A stretch of 64,000 nt of DNA, from NCBI RefSeq assembly GCF_041919235.1, contig NZ_JAYRUC010000022.1:22138-86137 (forward strand). Reading direction: 5' to 3'. Each line of letters starts with the position of its first letter. Position 1 is the stretch's first letter. Under the pieces are notes generated by a model. That model saw only the letters and a program-made list of their open reading frames with translations, made no database searches and was not told the DNA's origin. The position numbers and the translations under genes were made by a program. The DNA comes from Pandoraea sp. Its GTDB lineage: Bacteria; Pseudomonadota; Gammaproteobacteria; Burkholderiales; Burkholderiaceae. Positions 1 through 8,961 of the stretch are shown piece after piece.

Positions 1-1
1 C

Positions 2-721
2 GATCGGCTCGCCCTGGACATTGGCGAAGTGGTCTCGGTGGGCGAGGAAATGGCCCGCGACACGAGCCATCAGGAATTCATTGCGATCAGCACGGGCGCG
101 TCGAGCACGCGTCAGCCGCCTGCGGGCAAGCCGCTGGATTCGGCACGGCGTCTGGCCGACGGCCTCTCGGAAGTTCGCGCGGCCACCGGCGAAACCGATG
201 CGGTCGGTCTGCTCAATCTAACGCTCGAAGCGATTTTGCAGTCGCTGGGCTTCGTCAACTGCGCGGCCTTCGTGCGTGCGCCTGCGGGCAAAGTGTTCGA
301 AATGCGTTTCGGCATCGGACGCGACGTGCAGCCTCTGCTCGGCCTGACGTTCCCCGAAGCCTTCGAACCGGACGTCTTCCATCTGGCGCTGACCAACGGC
401 CGGGCCATTCTGATCGACAATGCCCGTGAGCCGCGCATCGTGCCGCGCATTCCGATGTGGCACCGTGAGCATTTCTCAAACGTGAAGTCGTTCTTCCTGC
501 TGCCGGTTCGCCAGCGCAACCAGACCGTGGCACTGCTCTACGGCGACTGGGGCGGTGCCCTGTGCGCAGGGGGCATCGGCGCGAAGGAAATGGAGTTTCT
601 GCGCCACATGGGCGAAGAGATCTCCAGCAAGCTCGAAAGTGTGGCGCAGCAAAACGCCAGCACCGGCAATACGGGCGACACGCTCGCTCGTAAGCCGTCC
701 GGCACGACCGGCGGGCGCTGA
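2..721 (+). CDS. GAF-domain-like signalling protein, C-terminal part (gene starts upstream of the window)
   Basis: Frame 2 is open from base 2. The ORF-track protein 29..721 has a GAF-like core (LLNLTLEAILQSLGF...FFLLPVRQRNQTVALLYGDWG) and GC-rich third codon positions. Confidence 0.5.
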   Translation, partial: DRLALDIGEVVSVGEEMARDTSHQEFIAISTGASSTRQPPAGKPLDSARRLADGLSEVRAATGETDAVGLLNLTLEAILQSLGFVNCAAFVRAPAGKVFEMRFGIGRDVQPLLGLTFPEAFEPDVFHLALTNGRAILIDNAREPRIVPRIPMWHREHFSNVKSFFLLPVRQRNQTVALLYGDWGGALCAGGIGAKEMEFLRHMGEEISSKLESVAQQNASTGNTGDTLARKPSGTTGGR

Positions 722-932
722 AGCACACTGCCTCACCCCGTCGCCGACCTGCCAGCGTGCGGCGGCTTGGCGACGCGTCATCTCCGTCGTCGCGCAGCCC
801 ATCGCAGTCCTCCACACCCTTCGGCATCCGTCGCGCCCTCTCGCATCCTTGCGCATCCTTTCCCCTCCTTCCCTTCCTTTCGCCCCCTCTCGCTCTATTT
901 AGCTCCCTTTCGCTTCGCATCCGTCGCTCGTG

Positions 933-987
933 CCCATCCCGCGCCCATCCCGCGCCCATCCCGCGCCCATTCCGCCCACATCCCGCG
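933..987. repeat. 11-bp tandem repeat cccatcccgcg (3 perfect + 2 degenerate units) in a pyrimidine-rich non-coding gap
   Basis: Read directly: cccatcccgcg at 933, 944 and 955, then cccattccgcc and cacatcccgcg. Confidence 0.85.
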
Positions 988-1475
988 TTCGCACCGCGTC
1001 GACACCCCCGTCCCGGCGGCTGTCTGCCGCCCCGGCATGCTTGCTGGCCGATTCCGCCACGCTCACCGAGACGGTGGGGCCAGCAGGCAACGAGTGTCTC
1101 CGAGATTCATACGCCAAGCGCAATCTTTAGTATTTCGGATTCGATATGATCGCCGACCGCCGGCCGGCGTCATCCGCCCGGCACTGGACGATTCGAGCGC
1201 GGCCGATCCTGGTGCGCACCGCGTCGCGGCACGGCGCGCGGCGCGTTTCACCCTTACGCAATAAGGCTTTGCGGGCCATCGACCATCACCGCGCAGGCGG
1301 GCATACTATGTCGCCGTACGGCAGTTTTTCTCCATGACGGCGCGCCTGTGGTCGATCTCGGTCAACGTGAGGCGCTGCGCCCGTGGTTTTTGACCGCACT
1401 CGCTGCACTTCGGTAAAAAATTTACGCTCGATTTGGCCCTGTAAATCCATTCGTACCGTCGTCTCAGGAGAAGAC

Positions 1476-2846
1476 ATGACGCAACCTGCTGCTGCACCGG
1501 TGCATCCGGTCGACGAGCGCCTGCCGCTCCCCAAGTTGTTCACGCTGGGATTGCAACACGTGCTGGTGATGTATGCGGGAGCGGTCGCGGTGCCGCTGAT
1601 CATTGGCGGCGCGCTCAAGATGTCGGTCGATCAGGTGGCGTTTCTGATCAACGCGGATCTCTTCGCCTGCGGGATCGCCACCTTGATCCAGACGCTCGGC
1701 CTCTGGATCTTCGGTCTGCGTCTGCCGATCATGATGGGGGTGACGTTTACCGCCGTCACGCCGATGATCGCCATCGGCACCAATCCCGATCTCGGACTGC
1801 TCGATATCTATGGCGCGACCATTGCGTCCGGCCTGATCGGCATTCTGATCGCGCCGCTCATCGGCAGACTGCTGCGACTCTTCCCGCCGGTCGTGACCGG
1901 GACCGTGATCACGGTGATCGGCATCTCGCTCATGGGCGTGGGCATCAACTGGGCGGCGGGCGGCTTCGGCAATCCGGACTACGGCAATCCTCTGTATCTG
2001 GGCGTGTCGTTCGCCGTGCTTCTGTGCATTCTGTTCATCACCAAGTACGTGCGCGGCTTCTTCGCCAACATTGCAGTGCTGCTGGGCATTCTGTTCGGCA
2101 CGATCGTGGCGATGGTGCTTGGCAAGGTGTCGTTTGCGGGCGTGTCCGAAGCGCCTTGGTTCGGCTTCGTCATGCCGTTCCATTTCGGCGTGCCGCGCTT
2201 CGATCCGATCGCCATCGCGACGATGACACTGGTCATGCTCGTGACGTTCATCGAGTCGACCGGCATGTTCCTGGCCGTGGGCGACATCGTCGGGCGTCCG
2301 GTCGATCGGAAAATGCTGGTGCGCGGCTTGCGCGTCGACGGGCTGGGCACGATGATTGGCGGCATTTTCAACACGTTCCCCTATACCTCGTTCTCGCAGA
2401 ACGTGGGGCTGGTCGGCGTGACCGGTGTCAAGAGCCGCTGGGTATGCGCGATGGGCGGGCTGATCCTGATCGTGCTGGGTTCGTTTCCGAAGGTGGCGCA
2501 CGTGGTGGCGTCGGTGCCGCAGTTCGTGCTGGGGGGCGCCGGCATCGTGATGTTCGGCATGGTGACGGCCACGGGCGTGAAGATTCTCTCGACGGTGGAC
2601 CTCTCGAAGAATCGCTACAACCTGTACATCATTGCGATCAGTATCGGCGTGGGGATGATTCCGGTGGCGTCGGACAAATTCTTCATGAAGCTGCCGCACG
2701 CACTCGAACCGTTCTTCCACAGCGGCATTCTGCTCGCGTCGGTCAGCGCCGTGCTCCTCAACGCGCATTTCAACGGCTTGCGCAGCGAAGCAGAAGCGAG
2801 CGCACTTGCGCAAGCGACCGGCAAACAGGCGGATGTCGCACATTGA
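1476..2846 (+). CDS. Nucleobase:cation symporter-2 family permease (xanthine/uracil-type)
   Basis: Protein MTQPAAAPVHPVDERLPLPKLFTLGLQHVLVMYAGAVAVPLIIGG... is typical NCS2 and multi-TM. ATG at 1476 is preceded by caggag. The upstream part of ORF 1383.. has no SD. Confidence 0.9.
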   Translation: MTQPAAAPVHPVDERLPLPKLFTLGLQHVLVMYAGAVAVPLIIGGALKMSVDQVAFLINADLFACGIATLIQTLGLWIFGLRLPIMMGVTFTAVTPMIAIGTNPDLGLLDIYGATIASGLIGILIAPLIGRLLRLFPPVVTGTVITVIGISLMGVGINWAAGGFGNPDYGNPLYLGVSFAVLLCILFITKYVRGFFANIAVLLGILFGTIVAMVLGKVSFAGVSEAPWFGFVMPFHFGVPRFDPIAIATMTLVMLVTFIESTGMFLAVGDIVGRPVDRKMLVRGLRVDGLGTMIGGIFNTFPYTSFSQNVGLVGVTGVKSRWVCAMGGLILIVLGSFPKVAHVVASVPQFVLGGAGIVMFGMVTATGVKILSTVDLSKNRYNLYIIAISIGVGMIPVASDKFFMKLPHALEPFFHSGILLASVSAVLLNAHFNGLRSEAEASALAQATGKQADVAH

Positions 2847-2956
2847 GTTGCATGTGCTGCGTCAGTCGGCGCGTCACGGCGTCGACTGACAGGCTGTGCA
2901 AGAGCGATCGCACACGGCCGAGGCGCCGAAGACACGCCCCGCCCGTCGAAATCCCC

Positions 2957-5900
2957 TCAGTGAAAGTTCCGGCTCGATACCGTGAGTTCCCCGAGCATCG
3001 ACGAGAGATCGACCAGACGATGCGCGACCAGATGGGTCACACGCGCCTCGCGCTGCCATACCCCTTCCACCCCCAATAAGGACGACGCCAGCAATTCCTT
3101 GCGCTGCGATTCGACCAGGTCGGGCCAGACGATCACGTTGATGACCCCCGTTTCGTCTTCGAGCGACACGAAGACCGTGCCATTGGCCGTGCCCGGCCGC
3201 TGCCGTCCCGTCACAATGCCCGCCGTGCGCACCCGGTGTCCGTGCACGGCCTCGGTCTGCAACGCCTTCGCCGTTCGCACCCGCATCCTGGCAAGCTTCT
3301 CGCGCAACAGCAGCAGCGGATGACGCCGCAGCGTCAGCCCCGTGCTCGCGTAATCGGCCACGATGTCCTGGCCCTCGGGCATCGGTGGCAACACCACCTG
3401 CTCGCCGGCACTGCCCGGCACCGCGTCGCGCAACGCCGTCGCCCCCAACAGCGGCGTGGGCGGCTGCCATGCGGCGACGGTCCAGCGCGCCTGACGCCGC
3501 CCGCCCAGCAATGCCGACAGCGCGTCGGCGGCCGCCAGGGCGTCGAGATCGCGTCGCGACAATGCGGCTCTCGCCGTCAGATCGTCGATGTCGGTCAACG
3601 GTCGCTGCCGGCGCGCACGCTCGATCGCCCGTGCCCCTTCGGCAGACAACCCCTTGACCAGCGACAGCCCCAGCCGCACGGCCGGCCGGCCGGCGTTGCC
3701 ATACCGCCCAATGCGTGCCTCGGGACGCGACTCGACATCGCTCACGCAAACGTCGACCGAGCGCACCTCGACACGATGGCGCCGCGCATCCTGCACCAAC
3801 TGCGACGCCGAATAGAATCCCATCGGCAAACTGTTGAGCAACCCGCACAGGAACATCTCCGGCGCATGGCACTTGAGCCATGCGCTCGCATAGGCGAGCA
3901 GCGCGAAGCTTGCCGCATGGCTCTCGGGAAAACCGTACTCGCCGAAGCCCTCGATCTGCCGGCAGATGGCCTCGGCAAACTCACGCGGATACCCGTTCTT
4001 CAGCATCCCGTCGACGATGCGGGTCTGGAACTTCTCAAGGCCGCCCTTGCGCTTCCATGCAGCCATCGAGCGGCGCAACTGATCGGCATCCCCGGCCGAG
4101 AAATCGGCGGCGATCATCGCGATCTGCATCACTTGCTCCTGAAAGATCGGCACGCCCAGCGTGCGTTCGAGCGCCGCCTTGATCTCCTCTCGCGGATAAA
4201 CCACGTCCTCCTTGCCCTGCTTGCGACGCAGATACGGATGCACCATCCCGCCCTGAATCGGCCCCGGCCGCACGATCGCCACCTCGATCACCAGATCATA
4301 GAACTTGTCCGGCTTCAGACGCGGCAACATGCTCATCTGCGCGCGCGACTCGATCTGGAAGACACCGACGGTATCGGCGCGGCGAATCATCCCGTACGTC
4401 GCCGGATCGTCTCGCGGAATGTCCGCCAGACAGATCGGCTCACCGCGCCATTCCCCCAGCAGATCGAGCGTGCGACGCAACGCGCTCAGCATACCGAGCG
4501 CCAACACGTCGACCTTGAGCAGCTTGAGCGTCTCGATATCGTCCTTGTCCCATTGAATGACGTAACGATCCTTCATCGCCGCCGGCGCAATCGGCACCAG
4601 CCGCGAGAGCTTGTCGCGCGAAATCACGAAACCGCCCACATGCTGCGACAGATGCCGGGGGAAGCCGATCAGCCGTGCGACCAGATCGGCCCATAACCGC
4701 GTGGTCGGCGCGTCGGGTGAAAGCCCCTGCGCCGCCATGCGCGCGAGCAGATTCTCGCGACCGTCCCACCACTGCTGACTCTGCGCAACCTGCTCGACGA
4801 TCGACAGATCGATGCCCAGCGCCCGCCCCGTGTCGCGCACTGCACTGCGCATGCGATACGAGATCACCGTCGCGGCGAGCGCCGCCCGGTCGGTGCCGTA
4901 CTTGTTGTAGATGTACTGGATCACCTCTTCGCGGCGCTGATGCTCGAAGTCCACGTCGATATCGGGCGGCTCGTTGCGCTCCTTAGACAAAAACCGCCCG
5001 AACAGCAACTGCACCTCGTCAGGGTTGACCGCCGTGATCCCCAGGCAATAGCACACGGCCGAGTTGGCCGCCGAGCCCCGCCCCTGACACAGAATGCTCT
5101 GGCTGCGCGCGAAACGCACAATGTCGTAGACCGTCAGGAAATACGGCTCGTACTCAAGCTCCCGAATGAGCTTCAGTTCGCCATCGATGAGACGACGAAC
5201 CTTCTGCGGCACCCCGTTCGGATAGCGCTGCCTCGCCCCCGCCTCGACCTCCTGACGCAGATACGTCACAGGCGTATGACCAGCAGGTACCAATTCCTCG
5301 GGATACTCATAGCGCAGGCTACGCAGATCGAAATGGCATCGCGAGGCGATGGCTATCGTCTCGGCCAGGGCGTCGGGCGGGTAGAGCCATGCGAGCCGCA
5401 GCCGCGTGCGCAGATGCTGCTCCGCATTGGCGGCAAGCGCCAACCCGCAAGCCTGCACCGGCTTGCCCAGTCCGATAGCGGTGAGCGTGTCCTGCAACGG
5501 CTTGCGCGAGCGCACATGCATGAGGACATGGCCGGTAGCGACGAGCGGTACGCCGCACTCGACGGAGATCGCGCGCAGATGCGCCAGATGCCTGTCGTCG
5601 TCGGCGCGATGACGGCGCTCGAGCGCCAGCCACACCCGCCCCTCGCCGAACGTCTGCGCGGCCCAGCGGGTTTGGGCCAGAGTGCGCTCGGGACTCGCGT
5701 CGGCATCCGGCACCAGGATCATCAGGCAACCCGGCAAACCACGCAGATGCGACTGCTCATTGGCCGGCGCGCTGAAGTCTTGCGCATGGAGACGATAGCT
5801 GCGCTTCGGGCCGCGCATGCGCCCCAGCGTAATCATCTCGGCGAGATTGCCGTAGCCTTCGCGATGCTGCGCGAGCGCCACCAAATGCACGCTCCCCAGC

Positions 5901-6277
5901 GCGAGCGACGGGTCCTCAGGCGTCAGACGAAACTCACTGCCCACGATCAACGACAGCGATGGATGCTGCACCGCTTCGGCCAGCGCGCGCACGACGCCCG
6001 CCAGCGAGCACTCGTCGGTGATCGCCAGCGCGGTATAGCCCAGATGCGCCGCGCGCGCGATCAGTTCCTCCGGGTGAGACGCGCCGCGCTGAAACGAGAA
6101 ATTCGATAGACAGTGCAGCTCGGCATACGCGGGCAGACTGCCGTCGTCGGCGGCACGCGGGTCAGCGGGAGCCGCGGGCGCGATACCAGTCGCGATACCA
6201 GACGCGTCGGCACTGTCGTCATTGGCGGCCAGCCCTTCGGTCGGGCCTTGCCACGGCAGGAAATCATCGGCATTCAT
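2957..6277 (-). CDS. dnaE2: Error-prone DNA polymerase (DnaE2/ImuC)
   Basis: 1106 aa with a PHP domain start (YAELHCLSNFSFQRGASHPEELI) and a Pol III alpha core. Lies downstream of imuA-imuB. Confidence 0.95.
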   Translation of the reverse strand: MNADDFLPWQGPTEGLAANDDSADASGIATGIAPAAPADPRAADDGSLPAYAELHCLSNFSFQRGASHPEELIARAAHLGYTALAITDECSLAGVVRALAEAVQHPSLSLIVGSEFRLTPEDPSLALGSVHLVALAQHREGYGNLAEMITLGRMRGPKRSYRLHAQDFSAPANEQSHLRGLPGCLMILVPDADASPERTLAQTRWAAQTFGEGRVWLALERRHRADDDRHLAHLRAISVECGVPLVATGHVLMHVRSRKPLQDTLTAIGLGKPVQACGLALAANAEQHLRTRLRLAWLYPPDALAETIAIASRCHFDLRSLRYEYPEELVPAGHTPVTYLRQEVEAGARQRYPNGVPQKVRRLIDGELKLIRELEYEPYFLTVYDIVRFARSQSILCQGRGSAANSAVCYCLGITAVNPDEVQLLFGRFLSKERNEPPDIDVDFEHQRREEVIQYIYNKYGTDRAALAATVISYRMRSAVRDTGRALGIDLSIVEQVAQSQQWWDGRENLLARMAAQGLSPDAPTTRLWADLVARLIGFPRHLSQHVGGFVISRDKLSRLVPIAPAAMKDRYVIQWDKDDIETLKLLKVDVLALGMLSALRRTLDLLGEWRGEPICLADIPRDDPATYGMIRRADTVGVFQIESRAQMSMLPRLKPDKFYDLVIEVAIVRPGPIQGGMVHPYLRRKQGKEDVVYPREEIKAALERTLGVPIFQEQVMQIAMIAADFSAGDADQLRRSMAAWKRKGGLEKFQTRIVDGMLKNGYPREFAEAICRQIEGFGEYGFPESHAASFALLAYASAWLKCHAPEMFLCGLLNSLPMGFYSASQLVQDARRHRVEVRSVDVCVSDVESRPEARIGRYGNAGRPAVRLGLSLVKGLSAEGARAIERARRQRPLTDIDDLTARAALSRRDLDALAAADALSALLGGRRQARWTVAAWQPPTPLLGATALRDAVPGSAGEQVVLPPMPEGQDIVADYASTGLTLRRHPLLLLREKLARMRVRTAKALQTEAVHGHRVRTAGIVTGRQRPGTANGTVFVSLEDETGVINVIVWPDLVESQRKELLASSLLGVEGVWQREARVTHLVAHRLVDLSSMLGELTVSSRNFH

Positions 6278-6298
6278 AAGACTGTGGCCCCACCGAAT

Positions 6299-7945
6299 TC
6301 AGCCGAACAGGCCATGCAAGTACCACGCGGCATCCGCCCCCGTCACGGGACGCTCACGAAACACCCACAGCAGCGCCCCCGTGGTATCGGCCGCAATGAA
6401 GTAGTCGCGCGTCACGGTGTCCGGCGCCCACCAGCCGGCTTCGATACGCTCGGGACCACTCACCAGTTGCAATGGCCCCTGCCGCCACGGACGCTCCTGA
6501 CGCACGTTGAGCCGCTGCGGCGCATCGAGCAGCCACGCCGGACGCGGCGGCCTCCCCTTCTCGCCCTCAGGCTGAGGGCCACCCGCGCGGGACGCCGTAC
6601 CGCCGGCGGCATGGGGCGTATGGCCGGCGGCCCCGTGCGGCACGCTCACGAACGCCGCCTCGGGCCGGTGATCGCCGCGCACCTGCAAACGCCGCACGTG
6701 CTCGTCGCCCAGACGCGCCGCCACACGCTCCATCAGTTGCACATAATCCTGCCGGGCACGCCCCGGCTCGGGCAAGAGCGAACCGCTTTGCGCAACGTGC
6801 GGGGCCGTCTGCGTGACATCGAGCCGCAACGTCAGCACCGGTGCGACCAATGGCGTGCGGGCCAGCCGTTCCTTGCACAGCGACAATAAATGTGCGGGCG
6901 CGGCACTCGCTTCGGCAAGACGGATGTCGAAACGCGTCGGCGCCAGCGTTTGCCGCCCCATCGGCTCATGTTCGAGCACCAGTGTGAGCGCGCGCGTGGC
7001 CAGTTGTCCCGCAGCAAGCCACCCCGTGAGCTGAACGAGCAGACGGCGCAAGCCGAAAAGCAACACGTCAACGTCATGCGTGAGCGACGGCAGCGGCAGC
7101 ACCGCCTCGAAATGAGGCGGCGCACGATACCAGACCGGCGCTTCCGGCGTCTCGCCATAGGCCCGGGAAAGCGCAGCGGGCAGTTCAGCACCACAACGGC
7201 GTCTCACGCCCGCTGCGGGCAGCGTGCGCAGCTCGCCCAACGTCGCACAACCGATTTGCGCAAGCCAGTCGAGCCACGGCTGCGCCTCGGGCAGCAACGC
7301 GACCGGGAGCGCATCGAGTTGTTGCGCCAGCGTCAGCGCCATCGGCGATGGCGCCGACGGCATCGTGGCCATCGCAGGCGCTGTCACGGTGACTGGCACT
7401 ATCGAGCGACGCGACGCCCGTGACTGCATCGCCGCCTGTATCTGCCCGGGGGTCGGCGCATGGGGATCGACGGGCATCGGCAGCGCCTCGCTGGCACGCG
7501 CGAGAAGCGCCGCTGCGCTCGCCGTGGCGGCAATGCCCAACGACGCCCGGTGCCCGAGCGCCTCGGCACTCTCGTGCACCTGCGCAACCAGCGATGCCAG
7601 ACCGCCGAAAAGACGCAGGCTCGGTGCCGCGTCGATCAGCACGCATTGCGGCGCGGCGATGGCAACGTCGGGACCGAAGCGCAGCAACGCCAGCGCCAGC
7701 GCTTCGAGCGCGGCCGTCTCGGCCGCTTCGTCGCGATCGTGAAATCGTGCCTGCGGCAATAACGCCAGCACACCGCCACGGCGCATGCCGGGTTGCACCC
7801 CGGCCGCCCGCGCCGCGTCACTCGCCTGCCAGACACGCGACTGCGCCAGCACGACCGTCGTGTCGGTCAGCGCATCAGCCGGTGTGGGCGCAGAGGCGAT
7901 CTCGAGTGCCAGATACGGCAGATGCAGGGCGATCCAGCAAGCCAT
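6299..7945 (-). CDS. imuB: ImuB, Y-family-polymerase-like SOS mutagenesis protein
   Basis: N-terminus MACWIALHLPYLALE is typical of ImuB. GGAG lies 6 nt upstream of the ATG at 7945. Sits between imuA and dnaE2. Confidence 0.85.
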   Translation of the reverse strand: MACWIALHLPYLALEIASAPTPADALTDTTVVLAQSRVWQASDAARAAGVQPGMRRGGVLALLPQARFHDRDEAAETAALEALALALLRFGPDVAIAAPQCVLIDAAPSLRLFGGLASLVAQVHESAEALGHRASLGIAATASAAALLARASEALPMPVDPHAPTPGQIQAAMQSRASRRSIVPVTVTAPAMATMPSAPSPMALTLAQQLDALPVALLPEAQPWLDWLAQIGCATLGELRTLPAAGVRRRCGAELPAALSRAYGETPEAPVWYRAPPHFEAVLPLPSLTHDVDVLLFGLRRLLVQLTGWLAAGQLATRALTLVLEHEPMGRQTLAPTRFDIRLAEASAAPAHLLSLCKERLARTPLVAPVLTLRLDVTQTAPHVAQSGSLLPEPGRARQDYVQLMERVAARLGDEHVRRLQVRGDHRPEAAFVSVPHGAAGHTPHAAGGTASRAGGPQPEGEKGRPPRPAWLLDAPQRLNVRQERPWRQGPLQLVSGPERIEAGWWAPDTVTRDYFIAADTTGALLWVFRERPVTGADAAWYLHGLFG

Positions 7946-8753
7946 GCGAGACTCCGGAAGCAGAAACAAAAGACACCGTGGACGGTGAAGACGAAGGTGC
8001 CGGATCGGGCCTGAGATGCGCCGGCTGCTCGTCGTCGGCGCCTCCCGTCACCGATTGCGGGACGCGCGCATATGGTGCGGGCAACGTCAGCCAGAGCGGT
8101 TCGAGACGAGGCGGCCCGCGACGCTTGTGGAACTGCACGCCGAGACGACTTCCCTCTCCGACGGCAAGTCCCAGCCTCAACGGTGCCGCCGAGGCTGTCG
8201 CGGCGGCCGCGGCCCCACGCATCACCCAGGCCAGTGTCTCGCCGCCACCGGCCGCGACCTGAAGCCGCCGGATCTGTTCGGGCGTCGCAGCGGGCAGCCA
8301 GGTGAGCACAGCACCGCAGCACGCGCTTTTGAGTGCCTGTTCGGCACACCAGAGCATGTCGCGATCCTCGGTCCTCATGCTCCGCCCGCCACGCGCCCGA
8401 GGCCCCTGACGCTGCACATGTGCCGCATGCGCCGGACGCATCACGACACTGAGCCAGCGCAGATCGATCCCCCATCCCGCCAGCGCCGGCGCGTACGGCA
8501 GCATGGGCGGCGCAATCACCATCACCGGCTGGCCCGCTTGCGTGAGATCGCGCAACGCCGGTGCCAGCAACCGCCACTCCCCGATGCCCAGACGCTCGCT
8601 CAACAACTCCGTCACCGCGCCACGCGGCCACCCGGCGCCCGGCAGTTCGGCGTCGAGCGCGGCAAAGCCGGTGGAGTGGCCGGCGCGGTGGCAATGCGCC
8701 AGTTCACTGGCACGCCACAGCCCGGCAGGCAAGGTGGAAAGCGGCAGGGTCAT
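7875..8753 (-). CDS. imuA: ImuA, RecA/SulA-like SOS protein
   Basis: Contains ...STGFAALDAELPGAGWPRGAVTELL... First gene of the cassette, with a LexA box 14 nt upstream. Start taken at M29 of the track ORF (MTLPLSTLPAGLW). Confidence 0.8.
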   Translation of the reverse strand: MTLPLSTLPAGLWRASELAHCHRAGHSTGFAALDAELPGAGWPRGAVTELLSERLGIGEWRLLAPALRDLTQAGQPVMVIAPPMLPYAPALAGWGIDLRWLSVVMRPAHAAHVQRQGPRARGGRSMRTEDRDMLWCAEQALKSACCGAVLTWLPAATPEQIRRLQVAAGGGETLAWVMRGAAAAATASAAPLRLGLAVGEGSRLGVQFHKRRGPPRLEPLWLTLPAPYARVPQSVTGGADDEQPAHLRPDPAPSSSPSTVSFVSASGVSHGLLDRPASAVSGTRDRLCAHTG

Positions 8754-8766
8754 CGCACACGCAAAA

Positions 8767-8786
8767 TACTGTATGAATGTACAGTA
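8767..8786 (-). promoter_or_regulatory. LexA (SOS) box TACTGT-N8-ACAGTA
   Basis: tactgtatgaatgtacagta is read directly and is a perfect CTGT-N8-ACAG palindrome. It lies immediately upstream of the imuA start (8753). Confidence 0.85.
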
Positions 8787-8961
8787 TAGCAGTTCATACG
8801 CTGTTGACGGGATATTCACGCCCTCGTCTACCGTCACGATCCCGCTTGCGGGCGAGCGCCGGCCCTGCTAGGGTCTGTTCTCCCAAGCGTCGGGCAAGAC
8901 GCGCCTGAAATCCGGATGAACAAGCCCGACCGTTGGCGCCATTGAACGAATCCCTTCCCTC

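Noticed and set aside
767-1264. 165-aa ORF and its overlapping neighbours in the 722-1475 gap
   Set aside because: The translations are Pro/Arg/Ser/His low-complexity sequence driven by the pyrimidine-rich repeats. They have no SD and no consistent GC3 signal.
1464-2843. 459-aa minus-strand ORF covering the whole permease gene
   Set aside because: It is an antisense shadow ORF, typical of high-GC DNA. The translation is Arg/His/Asp-rich and not protein-like, while the plus-strand product is a textbook NCS2 permease.
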